Of a stretch of DNA of 64,000 nt, positions 37,692 to 51,406 are shown piece after piece. The first letter of the stretch is position 1, and every line of letters starts with the position of its first letter. The notes below the pieces were generated by a model. That model was not told the DNA's origin, did no database searches, and was given only the letters and a program-made list of their open reading frames with translations. Origin of the DNA: Cystobasidiomycetes sp. EMM_F5 (Eukaryota); assembly GCA_051047955.1 (NCBI GenBank), contig JBPGPT010000007.1:434001-498000 (forward strand), given 5' to 3'. The position numbers and the translations under genes were made by a program.

Positions 37692-39283
37692 CTAGGCGTT
37701 AAAATCGTATTCCGTACAGGGAATATCGCTGCCAAGTACTGAAGCTTTCCCCTGACCACCGAAAGATGGCTCGCCGTCTATCTCGACCTTGAAGGTCGGT
37801 TGACCTACCCCTAAAGGAATTGTCAATAGTGTCATGCCAGGCTGAGCACGGGTCTCATTAGTCGCTCCAGCCTGTGAAACAGTGAATCTGGCTGGACTCT
37901 TTAACAGCGCTACAGCAAAAATGAGGTCTGATTGTAACTCCGCGCCAGTCGGGATCGGTAAAGCATCACTGCAGAGCGCTGCTTTTGAACGCCGGCGATA
38001 CCAGTAGATGATCATATTTCTCTGCGTGCTTGCGTCAGACCGGTTCTCCTTTCGAAATACATTCATCACCTTGATGACGGGGCCAGTTTCATGCCGCTTC
38101 CAGGCTTCGGCGTAGACTTTGTTTAGCTCCAGGAACCCTCCGTGAAAGTGGTTTGCAACCCAACCTTCCGAACCAGCGGGGTAGAGGTTGGGTACAGACG
38201 CATGCAATCTGCCTATGTAGCTTGACTCGCCATAATCATTCCATGTGAGCACTTCGACGAGATCAGCATGAACACGGTCTGAGAGAAGCATATTCCATCT
38301 GTCAATCAGAAGAGTACCGCTGTCGTATACCCTGTTCTTGTCCGCAAAATGTGTAGAGAACCACGGCGAGACGGCGGCCATGTATGCTATGCCAGCCTCT
38401 TGCGTGGATGTTTCAAAGGCGACGTCTTGTCCGTCAGTAAGGGGACCGCTGATAGGCTCGTTATTCTGAGTAGGCCACTGTGCCCGTCAACAATCTCTCG
38501 TCAAACTTGAGACACGTCCTTACTGGTTCATGACTTACTGCATTCCAATTGAAGAGCCCGCTTATACCAGGCAGTTTGGCTTGATCTGCGGCCAGCATCC
38601 CGATCTTTCGGCAAACAACGTCAGCTGTAGTAGCGGTCATAATGAAAGCATCAACAACCGACCACTGCCAAGTCCGTCTGGACACCCTGAGCTGCCAACG
38701 CATTTTCGAGGTTCTGCCAGTCGTAGCTCGCTGCAGCCTGGTCAAAGTTGCTGACGATGGGTTTTCCCTGCCATTTTGCAGCTGCGGGGTGTACAGCGTA
38801 CGTAGACAGCAGATCTACAATGCTGTTTTGGCCACCTGCCGCAAAGTCGAAGGAGAGGAAAGCCGTGAAGCCCACTTGACTGGCTGCAGCGTATGCTAAA
38901 GCTAGTTGTTGAGCTGTGTATGCGTCACCGCCGACATTGACTATCGAGGCAGATTTCAGGAGTGCACTCATCGCACGCTGTACATGCGTGACACTCACGA
39001 GCAAAGCCGTCGATGCCGTGTCGCTTTGCCAGCCTCATGTCTTTGACCCACTCTCGTTGAGTGTAGCTTGCAACGACTGCAGCTCAAGTCAGCTCGAAGC
39101 CGTGCGGAACGTGTAGCATGTCAACCCACCTCCAACCATGAAGTGCGCATAGACTCTACGGTCATCAGCATATGCAGGCAGATTAGGAACGTCATCGACA
39201 CTTCTGTATGCTTCCGCCTGTCCCCCGCTCAGCAGCAGAAGCGAGGTCAGCAGCGTTCGTAAACGTAGCAAGATCGATTTCAT
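37692..39283 (-). CDS. Glycoside hydrolase family 71 (alpha-1,3-glucanase), secreted, spliced
   Basis: Signal peptide, VYAHFMVG, GIDGFA, FLSFDF, YMAAVSPWFSTHF, VEVLTWNDYGESSYIG, IIYWYR and YDFNA. Confidence 0.92.
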
Positions 39284-40092
39284 CGTGTACAGATGAGTCG
39301 CATCAGTGCAGACTCTAGCACAAAGCGGCTCGTGAGAGTATGCGTGTCAGCGGGTGTCTCAAACTGAGCTGCGTCGGGACATACAGCCAATATTGTGTGC
39401 ACAAGCAAGCACAGCCTGACACAGAGGCGATTACACGTTGAAGGGCTTCCTCCCGGCATCGAGCCGGAGATTGCATAAACCATCGACACGCAGCTGCGAG
39501 GCAGGCGACTGCGGGATCCAGACACGTAAGCTTGTCTGGAGGATTTCCGTATAAAGTCGATTGGCCTAAACCTCGCTAGAGAAGATTCAAGCCTGCAGGC
39601 AGCGCTCGAAGTCTCTTCTGCAAAGGAAAACGTCAGTGTAGACCAGTGTCATTATCATAATGATCCAGTCCTGGTATATGCTTGCGAGCTCATCAAGAAG
39701 CCCTTTGGGAATGACACAGCTTGCGACGCGGTAGCTACCAGTCCATATCATCGCAAGGGCTATGGCTGAAGGGAGATAAGACGTGCATACGAGATTTCCG
39801 ACGCGTCGTTGCTCTCTACGCGACCTAGTGCAGGACCTTGATCAGCTTCCTTCCCAGAATGGCAGTCGTATTCATGCAGGATTTTTGGGTCAGTAGCTTG
39901 AGCGAGTCGACAGGAGTTAACGAGGAGCCTCTGGCCTTTCCCAACCCACTGCACAGTCCCGAGCTCATTGCTTCTGACTTGCCTGCCTTCTTCCAACCTG
40001 TCGCCGTCTCCGCCACTCCCGCGACTACTTTGCTGTCGGGCCGTTGCAACGGCTTCTGACTCTGCGACCAAGGACAATACCTACCTCGAGCA

Positions 40093-41028
40093 ATGCAGGC
40101 GGACGCAGGAGGAGCGGTAGTCGAGGACTTTAGCGCGCAGAATGTGAGCATGCACACTACAAATAGCCAGCCAGCCAGCCAGACTCTGACGATTCGATTC
40201 CATCTGCCAGGCCCAACTCCGACTCGCTTTCCGCAGAAAGACCAACGCTGCAGCTTCGGCAGACGCTGTCCAAGTCCGCAGCCGCTTCAGCGAGACGTGG
40301 GCAGACGGCATTCAGCGCACCTTTGATCTCGTCCACAACACGGAGCTCCAGGTATTTGGAGTCCGAGAGACCGAGGGGATGATTGCGGATTTCCCGCGAG
40401 CACTGCGGGCAAAGCGGGGCGCACCGACAGAGGAGAACGATATTCGCATCCACCACGCTGGCAACTATGCGGACCGCGATATCGACGATGTGCCAGACGT
40501 CGATGAAGGCCAACTTCGAGCAAGTCGACGTCGCAGAGTCGCACAGCCAGCGGCAGAGGGAGAGACGGCATCAGCAGCACCTCTGGCTGGTCCTGCCAGT
40601 GACGACGCAAGAGAGCGGCTGCATGCCAACATCAACATCTGGCGAGGTCGCACACGCAACTCGACTGTACCGCCAGTAGAAGCGTCTGCTCCCCGCAAAA
40701 AGAAGTCGGCTCGCAAATCTGCACCGACTGGCAACGGGACACCTCGCAGATCCAAAGGAACGCGCCGTGCTTCTGCAGGTGGACCCGATACGCCTGCTGC
40801 GCCTGCTCGAGTCCCCGTCGTCAAGGCGGAAATTGACAGCGTCAATGACCTCTTCAGCGGTATTGAGCTGGCGTCCCTCGCAGGTTCGGGTGAGCGACTG
40901 TCACATCTCGTACGCGCATACGTTTCTGACAATAATTGCACCTTTTAGAATCGACTCGAATCTTCTCTCGCGCAAGCTCGGAAGCCACCACAACCGCCGA
41001 AGGACATCGTGCTGCTCGCATGATGTAG
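40093..41028 (+). CDS. Hypothetical protein with a basic, low-complexity C-terminal half (spliced; model tentative)
   Basis: GT-AG introns link the 40093 exon to a long open frame (KTNAAAS...GMIADFPRALR...PRKKKSARKS). No family was recognised. Confidence 0.45.
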
Positions 41029-41353
41029 TGCGGGCAGGTATGATCCGTAGGGCTCAGTATGACTAGCAAGAGAATGAAAACGAAACCTCCGCAAATTCAC
41101 CAGGCGTCTCCCGCACGAACTTTACGCCGCAGCAGCAAGGAGCGCCGACGACAGACCGCCAAATCATGTATCTTTAACTTTCTCGCGCGTACGGCGCTCA
41201 TCAACAGCCCCGAGCTGTCGCATGTTTCCAACCAGCTAAATCATAGCCTATACAACAACGTTACCTTATTGATGCCATTGTTTCGACGTACTGCAACGTC
41301 CATACTTCTTTGTATTTATACATCACTTGTAGCGAAAGCCTTTTTATTCTAGA

Positions 41354-44300
41354 TTAGAATTGCGCATGAATGTCGCTCGCGAGGGTTTGCAGCTTTTGTC
41401 GGACCTCCTTGTCTGCGCTGGCGAGATCTATAAAGCGCTCCACAGACCTGCTAACATTGTTGGCAGGAAATGCGCCTTGCCGCGAGCTGGAAGTCCCGCC
41501 GGAGAGGGACAACTCTTGTAGCCAAGAGCTCACTATATTGGCGGCAGCAGCCAACAAGAAGGATAGGTTTTGACGATCGTGCCAGGGTGTTTGCTGGGCA
41601 GAAGACACGGTATCAGGATGAGAATGAATCATGCCGAAGAACGTGTGCAGACTTACGCTAATATCGATGATTTCATCGTATGCCTCGAAAATGACTTCCC
41701 AAGGGATACCGCCATCATGGAATGCGTTCGGGACCCAAGCATCCTCCAGAACTTGCGAAGCTGATCGTCCTTCGGTGTGGTCGAGGGAGAAGCGTTCCAG
41801 AAGATCGATAACAATAGCTAGACACAGACACATCGCTGTCACTCAGCTTCTGCTGCTGTAATGTGCACATATTGGAATACTCACGTATGGGCATCGCCAC
41901 GTCTGACGGGTAGAATCGTCGACCCAGTGATGACACTTTGCTTGCCAGTACCGCTACTGCATCGCTGCCACGCTCTCGGACGACTGGAGAGAAGTCTCGC
42001 AGTATCAGCCCGTGATGCACGGGTAATGCAGCTCAAATCCGTACCTTGGTCGATGAGATCCGTCCATGTCTCGATGACCCGCTCAGTGTCTCGATAATCT
42101 GACACGTGGTAGATAAGCAGCATCATGTCGTATAACCGGAAGGGCTCTGCAAAGTCCGAATAGAGCTGAACCGTGCAAGCACCGGCATCAGTGACGTTTC
42201 TTCGGACGTATGATCTCGTGAGACTGACCTCGCTTATGCTGAACAGACGGTGTTGCAGCTGGGCTACAGCTTCACGATGCCCATCCGCTTCAATATCGCT
42301 CTGCAGGTGGCCGCAAATTTCGACTTGTACGCCGGCGACCTCGATCTTTTCCTCTACTTCCGTCAAGAAGGTAATGAGATCTTGACGGAGTGCTGCATTC
42401 GGGAATTGCGATTTTGCATTACTGGACGCAAGCGAGAGGTATTCCAACCGTTTCTCGAGGGAGAGATCAAAGTCGTTACTGTCTGCTAACGTAGCTAACA
42501 CTGATGCAGCCTTAGAGTGTTGCGCTTGTCGAGCATAGTACTGCCATAATAGATCATATCGTTCGAGCGTGGCTGGCTCTTGCAAAAGGAATACTTCGAG
42601 GTACGGTGTTCGAGTGTCTAGTAATTGATCGCTCAAACCGCGCTTGAGATGCCACTCGTATAAGCGATGATGAAATGCCTCATCCTGGGACGCGAGCGCT
42701 CTGCTGTATGCATTAGACCTAATGTTTTTGGCCTCGTTCTCTGCCGTGCTGTTGCGCGGAGCGTTCTGCACAGCCTTGTTGAGCAGCGCATCAGCGCTTT
42801 CGAGGGCTTCTAGCGCTTTGTCATAGCAGTAGCTCCGAGGTTCCCAGCTCGGTGCTCGGCTGTCGTGCTGTTGCTGACCGTCCCTCCACCAAGACAGGCC
42901 TCTGTCATCGCGATCCCAGGCCGAAGCGCACGCGAACGCCAAATCAATTGATCCCGTCTGAAAGCTGAGGGCATTGAACTCTGACAGCACTTCTGACAGT
43001 TTGCCAGAGGAGAGATGCGAGGCGGCTTTGATGAAAAATCGCAAAGATTCCCTCAGATTAGCCATCTTCTCAGAAGGAGGGCCCGACTTTGCTTTCCTGA
43101 TATTTTCGATGGCCTGCGGAACCATACTCAGCTAAATCGCGACTCATGCGATTGATGGTATTCACCTTGTAGAGAAGGACATCATCGGCGGAGCAGAAAC
43201 TGCCACACCTTTGCTGAAGCACATCACTGATAGCATCGATGCTCAAGCTTTGGCCAAGCTGGATATTAATGATGGCATTGACCAGACTCCTTGCAGCGTC
43301 TCGTCCTTTTGAGCTGGCCAGCAAATCAGCCCAAGTCATCTCCAGGATAGATCGTGCAACTTCGGGAGGGCATCTGCATATCACAGATTATCAGTCGGAT
43401 TTTTTGCAAAATAAGGAGAGTGACACGTACGCTTGCACGACTTGCGGCAGCTTGTAGTCGATAAGAAGCAGGACGAAGGATATAGCCTCGACAGTTTGGG
43501 TAAGTAATAAGCGCATATTGTGCACGGACTTTTGTTCCTCCTGCAGACGAGACAGTTCCGGTCAACAAATCTCGTCATGTATGGAAAGTGTCAATGAGGC
43601 CTACTGTATACGCCATGACGGCATCCGGTCCACTATACTGGTCACCCACCATCGAGAAGAGGTGCGTATTCGCATCAAGGAAATTGCGGAGGCTATTAAG
43701 GTCCCGCTGCGTTGCCATCAATTGACGGTCTGACACTGCCGAATCCATTACTTGCGGGCCGGGGCTGGAGGTTTGCACTCAATGCGCCGTTCGACCTGTT
43801 CGACTGAATGAACAAGATACTCACACTTGAACGATAATTTTGCGCTCAATCAGCGGCTCCACCAATCGAGCAAAATACCAAGCAAGTCCTTCATGTCGAG
43901 GTGACAGCAGGACTTTCCCTTCGGCCGTCGTCTGTATCGCTTGACTGACGGGCAAGCCTCGCTGGACTGCCGTCGGTCGACCGCCGATATCAAGACTTGC
44001 CAGCGCCTGCTTTGCTGCAAAGGCAATCTCTGACGTGACTGCAGCTCCAGAAGCTGTGAAAGCCGAAGACTCCGCTAGTAGAGCAATCAGCATTGCGCAA
44101 GTCTGATCCTGTCCGTACGCGTTTGCGAACGCTCCGACTCCGCCGTCTCGCGGACTCGTGCCAGATGCAACAGAGTCTTCCAGGAGGGCATGCAGTGTAT
44201 CGATTGGTCGTTGCCGTGAGACGACGTGCATGCCCATGTTTGTCAAAAAGAGCCATTCTCTACGCGTTCGCGACGTAATTTGCGATTGGAGCTCGTTTCG

Positions 44301-46066
44301 TTGATACCGCAGGCCCGGTAGAGCCGATGTATGAGCCTCTGCAATTGCCCAGGCTCGACCTTCCACACGCACACGACTGGCATATTCAATAAATGCCGCT
44401 CGGGTGCCTTGAAGTGCTGATTGTGCTATCCGTCCGATATCTGGTGCACACAGAAGCAGCAAATCGTCATCATCGTTGATTGGGCTTGCGGACAGAAAGA
44501 AGCCTCCTCCATTCGACGGTATCGTTGATCGACTGAGGTCAAAGGCCGGTGCATCGCGGGGCATCTGAGGTGGTAGTCGGACATGAACCAGCTCCAAGCC
44601 AGTCGGGGCAGTAGCTACGTTGTTGTATGACCGGAGTCCGCCTCGCTGGTAGCTGAAATATAGTCGGACACCGGTACTTGCGACTGCAATCAAGCCGATA
44701 TTTTTGCCTTCGCTCAGGTTGACAATCTCCATCCCGACAACCACCAACGGCGGGGCGTTCGGTCCATGAAACAATGGATGTCCTTGACAGAATGATCCAG
44801 CCAGTCGATGTAAATCTCTCAAGCTCGCTACACGGTCTGATTTCCCTTGTTGGAGGTTCCACAATTCGATGGTGTTTTTGGATGTGCGGGTATACAGCAA
44901 GTCGCGTTCGTGATCCAGTACGACTTGCTCAACAGCGTCGGTGCTCCCTTCTCCTCGCAGAAAAGTTGGAAGTATCCACGATGCAGATGCTGCTGATCCT
45001 CCCGTTGTCAGATTACTCAGATATGCTCTTTTGCTAAACAAGCCCTCTTTTGCATTGTAGACGAGTTCGTACAAGTCGCCAGACCCTGGACCGGCTACGA
45101 CTCCGGACGCACTGGCGGTCGAGCATCCGAATATACGACCTGATCGCGTCCCGACGATGCTAGTCAATGCTCGACCTTCGCCCGTAGAAACGCTCAAATC
45201 GAGGAGGTAGAGCTGGAAAGGCGGATACCCAGGCTGCCGTTCCTGAGGTGGGATTGGAGACAGACCTATAAGATGGACGGCGGTTGTGGTTGACAGGACT
45301 AGAAGATGGCTGATGGTGTCTATGAGGATGCCTGGATGCTCGGATTTGTCAGTGACCATGCTACTTCTGGTATGGCTCAACAGGTAGGGTACCTGGTTTG
45401 GGCTTGACGAGGGCTACTGCCAGTATGACTTCTTGGACTTCCTCAAAGGAAGTGAAGCCGGATCTGTGGAGCATGATGAGGACGCGCTGGGCGTGGGAGC
45501 GTGACTCTGCCTACCCATCCTTGTAATCCCATAGGAATAGCCGGTGATCTACGGTAAGCCAAGCGCGTTCGATTTCTGGGAGAAGTCCCATGTTGAAGTG
45601 GGACTGTACGACTGCGTGTGGACATTGCTCATGAGTCCTTGATTCATCTCGCCGAAACACCATCCACTCACGGTCATACTTCTCAAACAGCTCGTCTGGG
45701 AGGTTTACTGTTCTCGTCTTTCGAAAGGGCGACCAGGCTTCTATGTGTGGATCAATGTAGTCGCCTGAAGCGGGGCTTCCAGCTGCGGATTCCGTTGCAA
45801 ATACCCAAATCAGCTTTCCATTCAAACGTCCATCAATTGAAATCCCCCTCACCGCCAAACGCCTCGGCCAAGCTGCAGACCTGTTCAATCTTTCTGTCGA
45901 GCTCCAACCTTGCACTCAGCGTCCTGCTCGCTTCCTGCAGACGGGCAAAGTGCGGGTCGGTCGCCTGGCTGGTATTGGATTGCTGCTGGGAATGGCCAGC
46001 ATTATTGATGGTATTGCTGTTGTTGTTATTGCTGCCAGACTGCTGCAGCTGGCCCTGCTGTGCCAT
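41354..46066 (-). CDS. NUP170: Nucleoporin Nup170/Nup157 (Nup155 family), spliced
   Basis: MGLLPEIERAWLTVDHRLFLWDY, LLSPRHEGLAWYFARL, QRCGSFCSADDVLLYK, LEKRLEYLSLA and LYSDFAEP. Confidence 0.93.
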
Positions 46067-46221
46067 GAATTAAACAAGAATACTCTTGTCCAGGTTTTGA
46101 TTCATTCAAGTCCAACCATTTGTAAATTGTTTGATATCCTCCAACTCGATAAAACCATCAACAACCAGCACAAGCTCGGTTGCCAATAGCGCATTAGCAT
46201 CACAGCACCCAGCACTCAACA

Positions 46222-47778
46222 ATGCCCCCCGGCAGGTCGCAGGCTCGCGTCTATCCTGGAGTAAACGACAAGTTTGGACGGTCATGGTGGGACTATGGTG
46301 GGCTGGAGCGATGGGGGGTGTGGTGTGAGGGGACAGCGTAGCGATGGCTGATGATATCTTGCCATTCCCAGACAACCTCATGGTGTCCTGGGGGTGAGTC
46401 TGGTCACATTCTAAGATCCAGTCCAACAGGCATCGCGACATGGCATACGACGACGCTGCGTTGTCGATGGGTGCAAGATTATCATACTGACTCATTGACC
46501 CGCCTTCCAGCTCCCAAGACAACTACGAGATTCTGCGAAAGGTCGGCCGAGGAAAGTACTCTGAAGTCTTTGAAGGCATAAACGTCCTCAACGACGACAA
46601 GTGCGTCATCAAGGTACTCAAACCCGTAAAGAAGAAGAAGATTAAGCGGGAAATCAAGATATTGCAAAACTTGGCAGGCGGTCCAAACATTGTCGCACTG
46701 TTGGACGTAGTCCGGGATCCGCAGGTGAGGTGGCCATTCACTCGCAGCAATCGCAGGATATTCACAGTATATGCCTCCCACAGTCCAAAACACCCTCCAT
46801 CATCTTCGAATACGTCAACAATACAGACTTCAAAGTCCTATACCCCAAATTCACAGATTACGACGTGCGGTACTACATCTTTGAATTGCTCAAAGCACTC
46901 GACTTTTGTCACTCTCGGGGTATCATGCATCGAGATGTCAAGCCGCACAATGTCATGATTGATCACGAGCAGCGCATGGTGAGTGTGCTGTTGGCAGTAT
47001 CAAGCTGTCACTCCGAATCCATTCTCACGAGACTCGTCAACAGCTACGACTCATCGACTGGGGTCTGGCTGAATTCTACCACCCCAATACCGAATACAAC
47101 GTCCGTGTAGCATCACGCTACTTCAAAGGCCCGGAACTGCTCGTCGATTTCCAAGAATACGACTACTCGCTCGACATGTGGAGTTTGGGATGCATGTTTG
47201 CTTCAATGGTGAGGCTCTTCACATCCAAGCAAGCACAAAGTCCCTCTAACAGCCATCCTACTTGTCACGTCACAGATCTTCCGAAAGGAACCCTTCTTTC
47301 ATGGTCACGATAATTACGACCAGCTCGTCAAGATTACAAAGGTGTTGGGGACGGACGAACTGTACGCATACCTGGAGAAGTACGATATCGACCTCGATGC
47401 GCAATACGACGATATACTGGGCCGATACCAACGGAAACCGTGGAGCAGGTTCATCACGAGCGGTATGTAGTAATCCGCTGAATCAGCTCATGTCGGCCCT
47501 TCTGACGCAGACATTGTAGAAAATCAACGCTTCATCTCAAACGAAGCTGTCGACTTTTTGGACAAGCTGCTGCGATACGACCATCAAGAGCGTCTAACGG
47601 CGCAGGAAGCCATGAATCATCCATACTTTGGCAAGTTGCTCCGCACAGTCTGTGGATCGTCTTCATTGCTGATGCTGCTGCGCGCGTAGACCCAGTCAAG
47701 CGGCAAGAACAGTCTGGAGCAGGTAGTGCCTCGAGCAACCCGGTCTCGCCATCGTCTGGCGAGCAAGTTCAGGAATAG
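46222..47778 (+). CDS. CKA1: Casein kinase II catalytic subunit alpha, spliced
   Basis: SQARVY...[61 protein letters not shown] and HPYF. Confidence 0.97.
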
Positions 47779-48113
47779 GAATAGACGAGGCTTCTCCTGC
47801 GTCTCGCTTCACGGGCAGACTCCTATAATTACGAACCTCACCGCTGTACCATACAGTCAAATGTGCTTAATCTGAATATCGGGCTGTTGTGTCATGTAGA
47901 CTAATAAGCAAGCGGGGTATTCATGGCAATTATTGTTTGTCATGTCTGTGGCTCCCGTCAAAGTCGGTCTCGTAGCTTCAGATGCGCATTGTCATAATTG
48001 GACATTGACAATAATCTTTCTGGCTTACGTCTGCTCACGGCTCTTTTGCGCTCCAAGCACAATTCGGATGCTTCACTCCCAATAATGTTGCCGTATCGTC
48101 AAGATCCACAGCC

Positions 48114-49483
48114 ATGTCCACTGACCCTATCTCTGGTTCCTCAAGAGCAGCTGCGGTAGCTGTCGACAACAATGTTGCAGCGATTGTGGCAAACACCGAG
48201 GATAGGAAGAAGAAGAAGAAAGCAAAAAACAACACGTCTGGTATCGAGCGAGCAAAAGGGTTCGCAGCTGGGACAGCATCGGGTCTCACTAAATTGATAA
48301 TTGGACATCCGTTCGATACGATAAAGACAAGGGTACAATGCTCTCCTATGGGGACCTACGCAGGTCCGCTGCACTGCCTGAAAAATGTAGTCTCGATTGA
48401 GGGTCCGCGGGCATTGTACAAGGGTGCTAGTCCTCCAGGTGAATCTGCAGTCTCACTGTCACAAGCGGGAGCTTCTTTGCTGATGGCGATCCTGTGACGC
48501 AGCTGTTGGCTGGGCTATCACGGATGCTGTGTTGCTTGGATCTCTAGTGAATATTTCATCCGGCCTTCTGAATCCAGCGACACTGCTGACGTATGTCCTT
48601 TCAGCATAATTATCGCTTGTTGCTAGCTCAACATACAAATTTGACGCGACCGCCAGACTTTAAAGATGCTCCTGGTTCTACCGCCAAATTGACGGTTGCG
48701 GGCCATGCTGTGCGCATACCTATTTGTATTATAGTCTGCATCCTAACACGCCATCTTCCTAGGTTGCGGGCGCCTTGGCAGGCTTCACTGTCGCGCTTGC
48801 AGCAACTCCTGTGGAGCTCGTCAAAGTGCAGCTCCAGATGCAGCTCAACAGCACTGCAGTTCTCTCCTCTCACTTGCCCCCAGGAACATATACTTCTCCA
48901 CTGGGATTCGCAAAGCAGATCTACAACCATCATGGCGTGTTCGGCTTCTGGCATGGCGTTGGCGCGACAATGCTGCAGAGAATGTGGTTTGGTGCCATGT
49001 ACGCAATGCTTCTTGCCTTTTCGCGTGTTAGACGCCAGCTGACTGTTGAAAGTGCAGGTTTGGGTCATATGATATTATGATGCGCTTCTTCCGGCAGAAT
49101 GTAGAGCACAAGGACGGCTCATTCAGGCCAAGGCTCAACGAAGGCACGGCGAATTTCGTATCCGGGGGCATGTCTAGTAACTTTTTCTGGATATTTGCTT
49201 ATCCATTTGACAACGTCAAGGTATGCATTTCTTGAACAAACGCTGTGAAATTTTCGTCTGAACGCAGATATTGTCACAGAACCGCTTGATGTCTGATTCG
49301 ATAGCGGATCGCAAGTACCCAACGTGGGTTTCTGCTGCAAGAGCTATATGGAGCGAGGGCGGGATGAAAGCCGTCTATAGAGGCTTCGTGCCTGCATTTC
49401 TGCGAGCATTCCCGACCAACGGTGCCGCGCTGGCTGTATGGGAATTTTCTATGCGATTTATGAGCGCCGAGAAGGTGCGGTAG
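48114..49483 (+). CDS. Mitochondrial carrier family protein (YMC/carnitine-ornithine carrier-like), spliced
   Basis: Three Px[DE]xx[KR] signatures (HPFDTIKTR, TPVELVKVQ, YPFDNVK) and YRGFVPAFLRAFPTNGAAL. Confidence 0.9.
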
Positions 49484-49649
49484 TGGGCTCAGATGTTTGG
49501 ATCTGTAGAGTCGCCAATAGATAGTCGGCATCACGCCGACAGTACCCTAATTTAGTCTAAATGTCCAAGTTTTAGGTAGTAGAAGAGACTATATTGAAGA
49601 AGATGCTGGGGAATATGCAGAGATTGTCATAATAATCTACAGTTGCTGA

Positions 49650-51126
49650 CTACAACAATGCGTCACTGACAGCGCCCTTGCCTTGTCCGGTCATATCGCC
49701 GTGGAAGTAGCTCTTCGCCTGCTTGCACGTCTCGTTTGTGCATCCCGGACATCTCAACATGAGCTGTTTCGAGACTGCTTGACCGCTCTTAAGATGGTTT
49801 GCAGCAATGTCTGCCAATGCTCTGATGAATACTGGGGAGCCATTCAATGACTCTGATCGCTTTACGCCTGTCAATCCCATCTCTTTGGCTTCCTCCAGGT
49901 ACTCGAGGTCAAGCTCAAAGAGTGTCTCGATGTGATCGCTCGTGAACGCTATCGGAACCAAAAGCATGTTGTTGTGCCCTTTCTTGCCCAGGCCCTTAAT
50001 GGCATCACTCGTTTGTGGACCCAACCACGCAGACGGGCCAACTTGCGATTGCCATACCAATCTATATGGATTTGACCAGCCTAAGCGGGACATGACTGCA
50101 TTGACCGTCGCAGCGACTTCTGCAGGGTATGGATCTCCTCTATTCACCACGCTCATCGGAAGAGAATGTGCAGAGAAGAGCAAAACTGTCGAGTTGCGTT
50201 CGGAATCAGGATAAGTCGCCAATGACTTTTCGATATTCTGGGCGATAGCTTCGACAAGACCAGGGTGAGTTGGCCATCTGTCGATGACTGACCACTCTAT
50301 ACTTGATTCCTCGCCTTGCTTCTTGAGCTGTCGCCACATCTCATTCAAGCTTGATCCTGTCGTAGAACACGAGTATTGCGGATATTGTGTGAATGCAATG
50401 GCTCGCTTGACCCCGTCTCGTTTCATTTCGGCGATGCAGTCCTCGGTCAGTGGGTTGGCGTATCGGAAAGCGACGTAAGGTTTATGCGGTGCAGTTTCTG
50501 GGGATAACTCGTCGAGAATCTTGACCATTCCTGCTCCTTGTTCCCTCGTCCACTTCAGGATGGGAGATCCTCCTCCTATCTTCTCATACTGCTTTTCAAT
50601 CTTTGGTGTCCGCCTTCGTGCGATGAGCGGTGCAATAGTCGATTGAAACGGTAGAGGAATGAGATCGCCGTCGTGAAAGAGTCGCGACAGGAAATCGCCA
50701 GTATCTGCGACCTGTGTTTCGTAATGTCAGTGTCACAGTGGCAAACATCCAGTATTGCTGTACGCACCTTCTCCGGACCGCCCATGTTCATGAAGACGAC
50801 GGCTGTCAATGCAAGATTAGCTTTGATCCATTAACTTGTCATGTCTAAGACTGCACACCTGTCGGGCTGTATATGATGAAGTCGAAACATCAGCGTCATG
50901 GCTTTCGGTGATCATTAAAGCAATGCTTCAGCACTCACCCTCTACTGTCAGCAGCCGTAGCCAGCGAACGTCTGAGGTATGGCAAGGAGCTTGACAAGGA
51001 ATCACAGATCAGACGAGATTGTGTGCCACTTGGGCCACTTTTTGGCTGCAATGCGTTTGCTCACCATCGTTGCCCTTGGACAGACCTGGCTGCACAGATG
51101 CTTTGGAACAGAGTATGTTTCATCAT
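49650..51126 (-). CDS. HEM15: Ferrochelatase, mitochondrial, with C-terminal [2Fe-2S]-type Cys (RCPGC...C), spliced
   Basis: [53 protein letters not shown] and [13 protein letters not shown]. Confidence 0.96.
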
Positions 51127-51406
51127 GTTTTGTTGGTTGAAAGAGCCTGCAGGTAGTGATTGGAAGAACGGAATGGCCGGCAGCAACCAATGGCAAGAAT
51201 GTCAATTCGACGCAGTGGCGACAGACGGTAATTGTAAACGATGATTTGGATTGCAACAGCCTATTTCCCTTCTATTGATACAGTGAACGGTGTCGGAATC
51301 AAGATCCTCTCCCGTAAAAGCTTGGTCTGGTTACTTTGCAGCTCGGCTGTCGTAAACAAGCCATAGCTACTCTTGTTTTTCGTACTGTGTCAATAATAGA
51401 CTATAG

